Below are positions 29,086 to 38,346 of a stretch of DNA of 61,186 bases, piece after piece (the first letter of the stretch is position 1; the number at the start of each line of letters is the position of its first letter). The notes beneath the pieces were generated by a model. The model saw only the letters and a list, made by a program, of their open reading frames with translations, had not been told where the DNA came from and did no database searches. The DNA is taken from assembly GCA_028712175.1 (NCBI GenBank), contig JAQTQQ010000005.1, forward strand, positions 54,906 through 116,091. Direction: 5' to 3'. Source of the stretch: Candidatus Omnitrophota bacterium (GTDB lineage Bacteria; Omnitrophota; Gorgyraeia; Gygaellales; Profunditerraquicolaceae). A program made the translations under genes and the position numbers.

Positions 29086-29475
29086 TTTAATTGCCTGGGT
29101 TGCTAATTTGTCCGCGACGGTGTTTTTTTCACGCGGGATATGGCTGATTAAAACATTATCAAAACCCGATAAAAGATGCACAGCCCGGTTATACAAACTT
29201 ATTATGCCTTCGTTTCTGACTTTATATATTTTATTAAGCTGCCGGGCTAAAAGCTGGCTGTCCGTATTAATCTTTAAACTACTGGCCTTCAATAATAAGG
29301 CTTCTTCAAGGGCATAAATGAGAGCGGTATATTCAGCTACGTTATTTGTAGCAACACCTATATAACTTGCAATATTCTTAACCAGGCGGTTGTTCTGGTA
29401 TATTGCAACACCTATGCCACTTTTACCGGGATTACCTTTTGAAGCACCGTCAATATAAATTTCTAAATGATTCAT
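29074..29475 (-). CDS. rnhA: Ribonuclease HI
   Basis: 133 aa with DGASKGNPG, NNVAEYTALIYALE, TDSQLL and REKNTVADKLA (the DEDD catalytic set). Confidence 0.87.
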   Translation of the reverse strand: MNHLEIYIDGASKGNPGKSGIGVAIYQNNRLVKNIASYIGVATNNVAEYTALIYALEEALLLKASSLKINTDSQLLARQLNKIYKVRNEGIISLYNRAVHLLSGFDNVLISHIPREKNTVADKLATQAIKESR

Positions 29476-30188
29476 TCTTTAAGAGAAAGAATCCGGTTGC
29501 AAACTTCACAGGTAACGACCTTTTCATACATCTTAATTAAATTAATTACCTGAGGCGGAACTAACATATGGCAGCCTCCACAGGAGTTATCCTTAACCGT
29601 AACTATGGCTAATCCGTCCCGGCTTTCTAGAATCCTCTCGTATTCAGATAGCATCTTCTGTTCTATGCCCGGGGCTATTTTCCCCCTCTCGGCAGCTAAT
29701 TGCGCAAGACGGTTATCGATTTCTTTAATGCGTTCCTGAACTTTAGCTTTTTGTCCAAGAAATATTTTCTCTTCTTCTTTTATTTTTAAATTCTCCGCTT
29801 CAATCTGTGCCTTAATTTTATCTGATTCCTCATAAGAAATAAGGATGCTCTCTTCTATTACCGATCCGTCAGCCTTGGCATCTGCAATCTGCTGCTGCAT
29901 AGTTTGAAACTCTTTATTTGTCTTTAATGAATACAACTGCCCCTGCAGCTTCTTTACGGCTTCGGCATTAGTTGCCAGCTCAAGTTCCTTTTCTTTGCGT
30001 TTTTTCGTTATTTCCAGCGACTTATTCTCCAGATTGGCCAGATTTTGTTTTTTGGACTCAAAAGCAGCTTCAAATGCCTTGATTTCCAAAGGCTTAGATG
30101 CCTTTTCAATCCCTAAAGTATAAATTTCGCTGTCTACTTCCTGCAGTTTCATTAAGCCATCCAGTTGCTCCTTCAAATTGTTTATCAC
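29472..30188 (-). CDS. Coiled-coil protein with a C-terminal C4 zinc ribbon (COG1579-like)
   Basis: 238 aa with a long heptad-rich region followed by CGGCHMLVPPQ...CEVCNRIL. Confidence 0.75.
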   Translation of the reverse strand: MINNLKEQLDGLMKLQEVDSEIYTLGIEKASKPLEIKAFEAAFESKKQNLANLENKSLEITKKRKEKELELATNAEAVKKLQGQLYSLKTNKEFQTMQQQIADAKADGSVIEESILISYEESDKIKAQIEAENLKIKEEEKIFLGQKAKVQERIKEIDNRLAQLAAERGKIAPGIEQKMLSEYERILESRDGLAIVTVKDNSCGGCHMLVPPQVINLIKMYEKVVTCEVCNRILSLKE

Positions 30189-30208
30189 CGATTGTCTCCT
30201 ATAAAAAA

Positions 30209-30285
30209 TGGTGGGCGCAATAGGACTCGGACCTATGACCTCTACAATGTGAATGTAGCGCTCTAACCAACTGAGCTATGCGCCC
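30209..30285 (-). tRNA. tRNA-Val (anticodon CAC), CCA encoded
   Basis: The reverse complement GGGCGCATAGCTCAGTTGGTTAGAGCGCTACATTCACATTGTAGAGGTCATAGGTCCGAGTCCTATTGCGCCCACCA forms a clean cloverleaf with anticodon loop TTCACAT. Confidence 0.9.
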
Positions 30286-30307
30286 AAAGGCCCGATTAAA
30301 AACTTAA

Positions 30308-30444
30308 GCCCACAGTGACTCGAGCCCCGGACCGTCGTCGTCGCTTGCCAAAGGGGCTTTGCCCCTTTGGCGCTTCGCTGTTACCCCAAAAGCGTGGGGA
30401 AATTTTTCCCCACACCCCTTTTGGTCCGGGCTTAAACTATGGGC
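30308..30444 (-). other. tRNA-derived/tRNA-like element with two GC-rich hairpins replacing the D and anticodon arms (pseudo-tRNA or structured spacer RNA)
   Basis: The 5' end GCCCATAG and the 3' end GGTCCGGGGCTCGAGTCACTGTGGGC copy the neighbouring CAT tRNA (25/29 identical at the 3' side). The interior holds the palindrome GCCAAAGGGGC-AAA-GCCCCTTTGGC (30347..30371) and a compound hairpin (30386..30424). Confidence 0.5.
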
Positions 30445-30459
30445 ATTTAATTTATCAAC

Positions 30460-30533
30460 TGGGCCCACAGGGACTCGAACCCCGGACCAATTGATTATGA
30501 GTCAACTGCTCTAACCGACTGAGCTATGGGCCC
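30460..30533 (-). tRNA. tRNA with CAT anticodon (Met elongator or lysidine-modified Ile2); CCA not encoded
   Basis: The reverse complement GGGCCCATAGCTCAGTCGGTTAGAGCAGTTGACTCATAATCAATTGGTCCGGGGTTCGAGTCCCTGTGGGCCCA forms a canonical cloverleaf. The discriminator A is followed by GTT rather than CCA. Confidence 0.9.
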
Positions 30534-30548
30534 TAAAAATAATACTAT

Positions 30549-30577
30549 ATCATACTATTTTTAGCGATTTTTAGCAA
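30549..30577 (-). promoter_or_regulatory. Putative sigma70-type promoter of the tRNA cluster
   Basis: The minus strand reads TTGCTA, a 17-nt spacer, then TATGAT, ending about 15 nt upstream of the first tRNA. Confidence 0.4.
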
Positions 30578-30607
30578 GAAATTTGTTTAAATTAATCAGA
30601 AAAGGGA

Positions 30608-33600
30608 TCAACCTTTCTTACTGATAATTTTAAGAAAGGTATTTGCAATACGGGGGTCGAACTGGGTTCCGGAAGCATTTTTGATAATCTCAACTGCCTC
30701 CTTTTTGCTAAACGCCTTGTGGTACGGCCGATCGCTAATCAAAGCCTGATATACATCGGCAATTGCAATTATCCTTGCGCCCAAAGGAATATCCTCGCCC
30801 TTTATTCCGCTAGGATAGCCTTTGCCATCCCAGCGCTCATGATGATAAAAAATAAACGGGATAAGGCTGTGCAAAAACTGAATCGGCCTGATAATATCCG
30901 CTCCAATTTGCGGATGCTTTTTGATTTCCGCAAACTCCTTTTTATTCAGCTTGCCTTTTTTAAGCAATATCGTTTCACTGATGCCTATTTTGCCTAAATC
31001 ATGCAGCATTGCCGCCTGCTTAATAAGTTCAACATCTTCTTTAGGCAAATTCAGGCCTTTAGCAATTTCCGTAGCAAAATGCACCGTGTTTTCCACATGC
31101 TCTCCGGTATAATGGTCCTTTAATTCCAGCGTTTTAGCAAAAGCAAAAATAGACTCGGTTAAACCCTGCTTTGACTGCCTGTTAAGCTTATCAATTGTAT
31201 TTTTTAAAGTTTTTACCCCGATGACCTTAGAGACTTTTTCTATACCCTTTTTGATTTTGCTCTTAACGTCCAGGGAGGAATAAACCCGGTCGCCCCCGCT
31301 TTCCTTGACCTTATTAAGCACTTTATTTGCCAAATTAACCAAGTCCATTCCGTTTTTCGCCCTGTCCTCCGGGAAAGAGACTACCGATATGCTTGTTTTC
31401 AATTTAACCGAATGATTTTTATCCCCAAAATTAATGAAATTCAAAGACTCAAGCAGCCTTTGAGCCATATTAAAAGCGACATTACGGTCCAGCCTTGGCG
31501 ATATAACTATAAATTCCTCTCCGCTATAGCGGATAAGGATATCATACCTTCTTACCATTCGTTTAAGCTGCTTTGCAAATTGCTTTAAAACTAAATCTCC
31601 AAAAGCAATTCCATATACATCATTTATGGATTTAAAATAATCTATATCAAGCATAATGATCGCCAAATTCTGGGCATATCTCCTTGCCTGATGGAATTCG
31701 GCCTCAATGATCTCCTCTAAATAACGATAATTGTATAAACCGGTATGCGGGTCAATAAGCGAAACACTTTTTAACTTATCATTGATTTTAATCAGCTCCG
31801 TATTCAGCTTGCTTTTTTCTAATTCCGCTATTTTATAGCGCTCGGTTTCCCGCAGAAGCTCTTCTGTGCGCTCCGTAACCAACTGCTCCAAATGATCCCT
31901 ATAATGCTGCAACTCCTGATCAATTTTTTTCTTTTGAGTTATATCAACGTTTATTTCGGCCACCAGCCATTCGCCTTTTTCGTTCTGAAAAGGTATTGTA
32001 GTAACCTGAACTGGACGCATGCCTTCTTTTTCTAAAACCTCCTCGCTAATTACAACTTTTTTTGTCCTAAATGCCTCTTCAATGGCGCAAGTTGAGCATG
32101 GGCTCTTGCGGTTCATAAAATACTCATAACATTTCTTACCCTGCCAATCTCCATAGAGGCGCGCCCATTCCGAATCTATGTAACGAATATTGTAATCCTT
32201 ATCTATAATATCTAACCCTGTCTTGGTAGCACCAAGAATAAACTCAATTTGCTTATTTAACCTGCCTGCCTGCAGTTCAGCGGCTTGCCTGGTCCGGACC
32301 TCCTGTTCCAATAATTTTGTGCGCTGCTCGACTAAGCTTTCCAATTTATCATGGTACATTTGCAGCTGGAATTCATATTCTTTTTTTTCGGTAACATCGC
32401 GATTACTTGCCCTGCGGCCGGTAAGCTTGCCTTGTTCATTATAAACGGGGATAGATACGTGGCTGATCCAATGCAGTTTGCCGGTTTTATCGATAATTCT
32501 AAAATCCAACTCTAATTTAGCGGTATCGCTAACTGCCCTTTTAACTTCCTTACGGAATAAACTGATATCATCAGGATGTATGATTCTCTCAATTAGAGAC
32601 TGATCATTTATAAAGTCATCCCGGCTGTAGCCGGTAATCCTTTCGCATGAAGGAGAGATATATATAAAACAATCGTCCACACCCTGCCAATATTCCCAAT
32701 CATAGGTAAATTCGGCTATAGTGCGGAATTTTTCTTCGCTTTTTCGTAAATTCTCAAGCGCAATCTTATAATCCGTAACATCCCTAAAACTCCATACCCG
32801 CCCCACTATGTTGCCTTCAATTTTCTGCGGCTGCGAGTACCTCTCAACTATACGCCCGTTTTTAAAGATTAAGGTATCAAAAGATACCTCATCTTTGTTG
32901 GCATAAAGCCTCTGGACTTTTTTTAAGAAATCCCTGGGATTTTCCAACTGCTCTAAGACATACGCTAATAGTTTTTTATCATCTCTGGTCTGTACCAAAT
33001 CTTCCCGGATATTCCATAATTCCATGAACTTTCGGTTAAAACTGGAGACTTTTCCTTCGCTGCCTACGACAAGGATTCCATCAACAGTAGCCTCCAAAGT
33101 GGCATTTTGCAAAGATACCAGCTGCAATATGCTATTTTCAGCTTCCTTACGCTGCGTAACATCCCTGAAATTACCCAAAACACAGCGCCTTCCCTCAAAG
33201 TTTATAAACGAGACATTGATATCGGCATAAAATATACTGTTATCTTTTCTTTTAACCGGTACGTTTGCAGAAGCAAAGGTTTCTTTTTTTATAAGCCGGT
33301 CAAATTCTTTCAAAACGTAAGGAATATCTTTTTCATTATGGATATCATTTACACCCAATAAACTCATTTCTTTAGCAGAATATCCGAGCATTTGGCAGAA
33401 TGCCTTATTAAACAAAAGAAACTTTTTGGTATTAATCTCTGCTATAACCAACCCATCGGTAATCTCCTCAAATAAGCTCCTAAATTTAGCCTCGGTTTCT
33501 TTTAAACCTGCCTCTATTTGCCTGCGTTCTGAAATTTCTTTACGTAATTCTTCATTAAGGCTGGTCAATTCCGCTGTCCTGACTTTGACCCGCAACTCTA

Positions 33601-34105
33601 ACTCGGCACGAATATCCCTTACTTTTTCATCCTCCTTTTTTCTTAAAGTAATGTCCCGGGCGATACCGGTTGTGCCGATTACTTTTCCCTGATCATCAAA
33701 AATCGGGGTTTTAATAGTTTCAATCCACTGCATTTTACCTTCATTATCGGAAAATCTTTCTTCCACGCATTTACGTTTTTTACTTTTCATTACTTCCTGA
33801 TCATCAGCGCGGTAACTTTCTGCTAAATCTCTTGGCCAAAGCTCCAAATCGGTTTTACCAATAACTTCTTCAGGCTTAAAGCCGCAGCTTCTGGCAAAGC
33901 GATCATTGACCATAATAAACCGGCTCTGGCTATCTTTAAGCCAGGCCATATCCGGAATATTATCCAATATAGCCTTCTGCTGAAGCTCTATATTACGCAA
34001 TTGTTCAATGGTAAGTTTATTTTTATTTTCGTTTTCCATAGTTAATAAAAAAGCAGCCCCTTTTAAATAAAGAAACTGCGGCCATAGAGACTTATTCTTA
34101 AACAA
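30608..34105 (-). CDS. Multi-PAS sensor protein with GGDEF (SGEEF variant) and HD-GYP domains (c-di-GMP turnover)
   Basis: About 1143-1165 aa with several PAS/PAC repeats separated by coiled coils. It has a GGDEF domain with an RxxD I-site (RRYD) and an SGEEF A-site, and a C-terminal HD-GYP (HHERWDGKGYP). The tracked start is TTG at 34105; ATG at 34039 (MENENK...) is the more likely start. Confidence 0.9.
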   Translation of the reverse strand: MFKNKSLWPQFLYLKGAAFLLTMENENKNKLTIEQLRNIELQQKAILDNIPDMAWLKDSQSRFIMVNDRFARSCGFKPEEVIGKTDLELWPRDLAESYRADDQEVMKSKKRKCVEERFSDNEGKMQWIETIKTPIFDDQGKVIGTTGIARDITLRKKEDEKVRDIRAELELRVKVRTAELTSLNEELRKEISERRQIEAGLKETEAKFRSLFEEITDGLVIAEINTKKFLLFNKAFCQMLGYSAKEMSLLGVNDIHNEKDIPYVLKEFDRLIKKETFASANVPVKRKDNSIFYADINVSFINFEGRRCVLGNFRDVTQRKEAENSILQLVSLQNATLEATVDGILVVGSEGKVSSFNRKFMELWNIREDLVQTRDDKKLLAYVLEQLENPRDFLKKVQRLYANKDEVSFDTLIFKNGRIVERYSQPQKIEGNIVGRVWSFRDVTDYKIALENLRKSEEKFRTIAEFTYDWEYWQGVDDCFIYISPSCERITGYSRDDFINDQSLIERIIHPDDISLFRKEVKRAVSDTAKLELDFRIIDKTGKLHWISHVSIPVYNEQGKLTGRRASNRDVTEKKEYEFQLQMYHDKLESLVEQRTKLLEQEVRTRQAAELQAGRLNKQIEFILGATKTGLDIIDKDYNIRYIDSEWARLYGDWQGKKCYEYFMNRKSPCSTCAIEEAFRTKKVVISEEVLEKEGMRPVQVTTIPFQNEKGEWLVAEINVDITQKKKIDQELQHYRDHLEQLVTERTEELLRETERYKIAELEKSKLNTELIKINDKLKSVSLIDPHTGLYNYRYLEEIIEAEFHQARRYAQNLAIIMLDIDYFKSINDVYGIAFGDLVLKQFAKQLKRMVRRYDILIRYSGEEFIVISPRLDRNVAFNMAQRLLESLNFINFGDKNHSVKLKTSISVVSFPEDRAKNGMDLVNLANKVLNKVKESGGDRVYSSLDVKSKIKKGIEKVSKVIGVKTLKNTIDKLNRQSKQGLTESIFAFAKTLELKDHYTGEHVENTVHFATEIAKGLNLPKEDVELIKQAAMLHDLGKIGISETILLKKGKLNKKEFAEIKKHPQIGADIIRPIQFLHSLIPFIFYHHERWDGKGYPSGIKGEDIPLGARIIAIADVYQALISDRPYHKAFSKKEAVEIIKNASGTQFDPRIANTFLKIISKKG
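34045..34079 (-). terminator. Possible weak intrinsic terminator or attenuator after rpoD
   Basis: The minus strand reads GCAGTTTC-loop-GGGGCTGC (8 bp including 3 G-U pairs) followed by TTTTTTAT. Confidence 0.3.
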
Positions 34106-34140
34106 GTCATTATAATACCTCTAAAATTAAAGTGAGGGGC

Positions 34141-35697
34141 TTAATATTCCCTTTGGTGCGCCAGCGTCATATCCATAAAGCTGCGTAATCTGCGAGAACG
34201 CGATGGATGCCTAAGTTTTTTTAAGGCTTTGGCTTCAATCTGCCTAACTCTTTCGCGCGTAACCTTAAAAACATTGCCTACTTCTTCTAATGTACGCGCA
34301 GAGCCGTCAAGGATTCCGAAACGCAGGACCAAAATTTTTTTCTCCCTTTCCGTTAATGTACTTAATGCAGAATTCATCTCTTCTTTTAGCATTGAACGCA
34401 CAGTCTCGTTTGCCGGCGAGACCGCTTTTTTATCCTGAATAAAATCCCCAAAATGGGTATCCCCTTCGTCTCCTATGGGCATCTGTAAAGATATGGGTTC
34501 CTGAGCAATCTTAAGTATGGATTTTATTTTCCCTTGCGGAAAACGCATTTTATGGGCGATTTCCTCCGGTGTAGGCTCACGGCCGTTTTTCTGAACGAAT
34601 ACCCTTGAAAAACGGATTATTTTATTGATTGTTTCGGTCATATGCACGGGTATCCTTATGGTACGCGCCTGATCGGCAATAGAACGGGTAATTGCCTGGC
34701 GGATCCACCACGTGGCATAAGTAGAAAATTTATAACCGCGCTTATATTCAAATTTCTCAACAGCACGCATTAAACCAATATTTCCTTCTTGGATCAAATC
34801 AAGAAAAGACAATCCCCGGTTAGTGTATTTCTTTGCGATACTTACCACAAGGCGTAAATTTGCTTCTACTAACTTTTTCTTTGTGCGGTTAAACTTAAGA
34901 TGCGCTGATTTAATTAACTTGATCTGTTCCTTAATTTTTTTATAAGGTTCGGCGATTTCTTTCAGTATTTGGCGGCGGCGAGCGGCATTGCCTTTACCGG
35001 AACGTTTTATATGCTCAAGCTCGCGGATTAAAAGGCTTAATTTACGCACCGCCCCTTCAATGACGGAAGTGGTAAAATTAAGCTGTAGTATTAAATTAAT
35101 AGCCTTACTATCGCTACGGGTTTGCTTAATCTTTGTCAACAGGCGCTTAAACCTTCCTAAGACGCTCGTTTTCTTTATCCTGATATCCTCCTTGACTACT
35201 TCCTCCATATTGATCTTATCTTCCAGTATATTATTGGCAACGATTAAAACTTCGTTTCTGGAGAATTTAGTTGCCAGCACAGCCCGTTTAAATTTATCTT
35301 CGGCTTCTTCTATTTTTTTAGCCAGTTCAATCTCGTTTTCGCGGCTAAGCAGAGAAATCGAACCCATCTGTTTGAGGTACATCTTTACCGGATCGTCTAA
35401 AGGCATAAACCGCTCTTCGCTTTTTAACTGTTCCACAAGCAATTCTTCCCTATGCGCAGATAAGTTTTGCTTATCCGCCTGGGCCCTATTCGCAGACAAC
35501 CCGGCATCCTCCTCCCCTTCAACCACCTGAATGTCCTCATTGCCTAATAATTCAAAAAGATGGTCAATTGCCACCGTGCTTGAAAGGTCATCAGGCAAAA
35601 GGTCGTTTACTTCGTCATAAGTCAAAAAACCCTTTTGCTTGCCAAGGGCAATTAATTTTTCCATGTCTTTAGTCGGCTGTTGCTCTTTCTTCTTCAT
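34141..35697 (-). CDS. rpoD: Primary sigma factor (sigma-70)
   Basis: 518 aa with region 2 [16 protein letters not shown] and [25 protein letters not shown], plus a region 4 HTH. Confidence 0.96.
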   Translation of the reverse strand: MKKKEQQPTKDMEKLIALGKQKGFLTYDEVNDLLPDDLSSTVAIDHLFELLGNEDIQVVEGEEDAGLSANRAQADKQNLSAHREELLVEQLKSEERFMPLDDPVKMYLKQMGSISLLSRENEIELAKKIEEAEDKFKRAVLATKFSRNEVLIVANNILEDKINMEEVVKEDIRIKKTSVLGRFKRLLTKIKQTRSDSKAINLILQLNFTTSVIEGAVRKLSLLIRELEHIKRSGKGNAARRRQILKEIAEPYKKIKEQIKLIKSAHLKFNRTKKKLVEANLRLVVSIAKKYTNRGLSFLDLIQEGNIGLMRAVEKFEYKRGYKFSTYATWWIRQAITRSIADQARTIRIPVHMTETINKIIRFSRVFVQKNGREPTPEEIAHKMRFPQGKIKSILKIAQEPISLQMPIGDEGDTHFGDFIQDKKAVSPANETVRSMLKEEMNSALSTLTEREKKILVLRFGILDGSARTLEEVGNVFKVTRERVRQIEAKALKKLRHPSRSRRLRSFMDMTLAHQREY

Positions 35698-35698
35698 A

Positions 35699-37465
35699 CT
35701 AATCGCCTTTCTTTATAAGATTATGAAATTCCTGAATAAGGCTGTTTAACTTTTGTTCGTCCCCAAGCGCCTGAGCATTATTTATTTGCGCATGAAGATG
35801 CTCACGCCTTGATTTTAACCTGTTAACCTTGATCCGGCTGATACAGTCGTGGAGCGCTTTTTCCCTCTCCTGATTGCTCAACTCAGGCATAAACATAGTT
35901 TCACACACAAGCTGGCTGGCATCATCTTCACTGAAATAATTCATCAACAGGCTGGGCTGGATATTTTTTCCCTGAACAACCAGGTCCTGCATAACCGAAA
36001 CAATTTTTGCGGTGCGCAGATCCTGAAAATCAGAGGGTGATAATTCCTGCATAATTTTCTCAATAAGTTCCTTTTCCTCAAGCATAAATTTAATTAGAAG
36101 CTTTTCAGCCGGATTAATCGGCGCCTGTTTTTTTTGTAGAGGCGCATTTTCGATTTCTTGCGGCTTGAAATTAGGCTTTATCTTCTTTAATTCCTCTAAA
36201 ATATAATGCTCGGGAATTTTGATCTCTTCTGAAAGCCTTTTTATGTATTCACACCTAAGAATTGCATTATCAAACTTATTAATCGTAGAAAGCATTTCAG
36301 AGGCAATCTTGCTTTTTCCGTGCGCATCCTTCATATCGTAGCGGCTTTTTAACAGCTTAAGCTTATAATCAAAGAAACTTATAGCATGTTCGATTTTTTC
36401 CTTAAAAGCCGCAACCCCCTGCTGGCGGACTAAAACATCGGGATCCATCCCTTTTAAAAGAGGAACAATTTTTACGTTTATCCCCTCTTCAATAAGAATA
36501 TCAAGGCTTCTTAAAGTAGCCAGTTCTCCCGCTGTATCCCCGTCAAAAACCATTACAGCATTATGCGTATAACGCTTAAATAATTTAATCTGCTCCAAAG
36601 TAAGGGCTGTCCCCTGTGAAGCAACGATATTTTTTACCCCTTCCTGATAGGGAATTATAAAATCAAGATATCCTTCAACTATCACCACGCAATCAGAATC
36701 CCTTATAGAATCCTTGGATACATTCAAACCAAAGAGATTTTTCCCTTTTGTATAAACCGGGGTCTCGGGCGAGTTTATATATTTAGGCAGTGTGTTGTCC
36801 TGAACCCTGGCGCCGAAGCCGATTACGCGGTTACGAATATCGAAAATCGGAAAAATAATACGGTTGCGAAACCGGTCGTAATAACCTCCCGCTTCTTTCG
36901 GCAAGACCAAGCCCGCTGTTTCCATAAGAGAAAGAGGGGCATTCTTGCTTCTTAAGAAATTAATTAAACCGTCCCAGCCCGAAGTCGCCAAGCCCAGACG
37001 AAATTCTTTTATTGTTTCAAGAGTAATCCCTCTTTTTAAAAGATAATCCCGGCTTAAGGTAGCGCTGGATGAGCCAAGGTTATTCTCGTAAAAGTTCAAA
37101 GCCAATTCGTTAATTCTATATATTTGAGCAGTAATACTGGCAGCTCTTACTGCCCCGGGCCTGTCCCTATCCGGCAAAACAACTCCTGTCTTTTTAGCCA
37201 GCATCTCAACAGCCTCTGGAAAATCCATTCTTTCATGGCGCATAAGGAACTTAAATGCGTTACCCGATTCACCGCAGCCAAAACAATGGTAGATCTGCCG
37301 GTCGGGAGAAACCATAAAAGACGCGGTTTTCTCATGATGAAAAGGACAGTTAGCCTTAAAGTTCCGCCCAGCTTTCTTAAGCGGCAGATAACTTGAGATA
37401 AGCTCAACAATATCGAGGCGGCCCAGGATATCTTCTAACAAATTTTCGGGAATTTTTCCAGGCAT
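35699..37465 (-). CDS. dnaG: DNA primase
   Basis: 588 aa with the zinc finger [30 protein letters not shown] and [14 protein letters not shown]. Confidence 0.96.
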   Translation of the reverse strand: MPGKIPENLLEDILGRLDIVELISSYLPLKKAGRNFKANCPFHHEKTASFMVSPDRQIYHCFGCGESGNAFKFLMRHERMDFPEAVEMLAKKTGVVLPDRDRPGAVRAASITAQIYRINELALNFYENNLGSSSATLSRDYLLKRGITLETIKEFRLGLATSGWDGLINFLRSKNAPLSLMETAGLVLPKEAGGYYDRFRNRIIFPIFDIRNRVIGFGARVQDNTLPKYINSPETPVYTKGKNLFGLNVSKDSIRDSDCVVIVEGYLDFIIPYQEGVKNIVASQGTALTLEQIKLFKRYTHNAVMVFDGDTAGELATLRSLDILIEEGINVKIVPLLKGMDPDVLVRQQGVAAFKEKIEHAISFFDYKLKLLKSRYDMKDAHGKSKIASEMLSTINKFDNAILRCEYIKRLSEEIKIPEHYILEELKKIKPNFKPQEIENAPLQKKQAPINPAEKLLIKFMLEEKELIEKIMQELSPSDFQDLRTAKIVSVMQDLVVQGKNIQPSLLMNYFSEDDASQLVCETMFMPELSNQEREKALHDCISRIKVNRLKSRREHLHAQINNAQALGDEQKLNSLIQEFHNLIKKGD

Positions 37466-37467
37466 AC

Positions 37468-38346
37468 TTATTTTCTTTTAATTCTGGTAAAACCGGAACA
37501 GGCAATGACCTTAAAGGTCTCCTTTGAAGATTTTTCAATATTGTCCAGAAGCAGGTTTAAACCCAGGGTATCCGAAGAGATATGTCCTGCGATAACCACA
37601 TTAAGATTGGCGTCCTTGGCTTTCTTAAGGTGCTCCTCGCTTAAATGCATTGAAACCAGCGTCCTAATGCCGGCATTATATAATTTATTAAATACATCCT
37701 TAGATCCTTCTGTGCCTCCGGTCATTTCAAGCAGGATCTTACCGGCCTGCCTCTTCGCAGAACCGAGGATTATGCGCGGCCCTGTATTAAATTTAGCGGC
37801 AATCTGATATTCGGGTATATTATTCAATATCCTTAGAATATCCTCAACCAAGCGTGGTTTCTTTTGTTCAAATATACCCTTGAGATAACTATATACATGG
37901 TTATCCGCCGGAGTATGCATATTCATAAAAGGAATGCCCAGCAGGCGTGCGGCGTCCACCGGCCGCGTATGGTTTTGAGGCAGAACCCTGCGTTCCACCT
38001 CCTGCATCCTCTCTTCGACAAGCCTAGAAGCTGTTTTTTTAGCTACTCCTATGCCGGTTAATAGATCGATCTGCAGCCTCATGACCTCTGACAACCCTAC
38101 ATAGGCCTTACCTTCGGGGTGGTGCGCAATTACCAAATCAAGCCCTTCTCTCTGGCGAAGCCGGTCAGCAAGCAAAAGTTCAGCAACCTCAATATCAATG
38201 CCCACCATTATCTTTTTGACTTCGGTATCAGGACTGCCGAAAAGGACCGCTGAATCCGTAAACTTCTTTATCTTTGATTTATCTTTTCGCGGATCATTTT
38301 TACGGCCGTGATAAAGAACCTGATTATAAAAGTCGATTAATTTCAT
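37468..38346 (-). CDS. NIF3/YbgI-family dinuclear metal protein
   Basis: 292 aa with the motif LVIAHHPEG. Its position after dnaG/rpoD matches the synteny seen in many bacteria. Confidence 0.75.
   Translation of the reverse strand: MKLIDFYNQVLYHGRKNDPRKDKSKIKKFTDSAVLFGSPDTEVKKIMVGIDIEVAELLLADRLRQREGLDLVIAHHPEGKAYVGLSEVMRLQIDLLTGIGVAKKTASRLVEERMQEVERRVLPQNHTRPVDAARLLGIPFMNMHTPADNHVYSYLKGIFEQKKPRLVEDILRILNNIPEYQIAAKFNTGPRIILGSAKRQAGKILLEMTGGTEGSKDVFNKLYNAGIRTLVSMHLSEEHLKKAKDANLNVVIAGHISSDTLGLNLLLDNIEKSSKETFKVIACSGFTRIKRK

Noticed and set aside
28776-29317. Two long plus-strand ORFs (104 aa and 139 aa) in an otherwise gene-free stretch
   Set aside because: They lie antisense over the RNase P RNA gene and the 3' end of rnhA. 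The open frames are a by-product of the GC-rich structured RNA. There is no Shine-Dalgarno, and the translations are low-complexity and Pro/Ser/Arg-rich.
30308-30444. The tRNA-like element as tmRNA, SRP (4.5S) RNA or an intron-containing tRNA
   Set aside because: It is too short for tmRNA and has no tag ORF or Ala-type acceptor. It lacks the SRP domain IV GGAA/AGCA motifs. Removing the insert leaves no anticodon arm, so it is not an intron-split tRNA.
30209-30533. The duplicated tRNA 3' segment as attL/attR of an integrated mobile element
   Set aside because: Only about 100 nt separate the copies, there is no integrase or cargo nearby, and the 5' end of the tRNA is also duplicated. This fits a local tRNA duplication better than site-specific integration.
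37147-37410. An 87-aa same-strand ORF within dnaG
   Set aside because: It is an alternative frame across the primase zinc-finger region. The dnaG frame is unambiguous.
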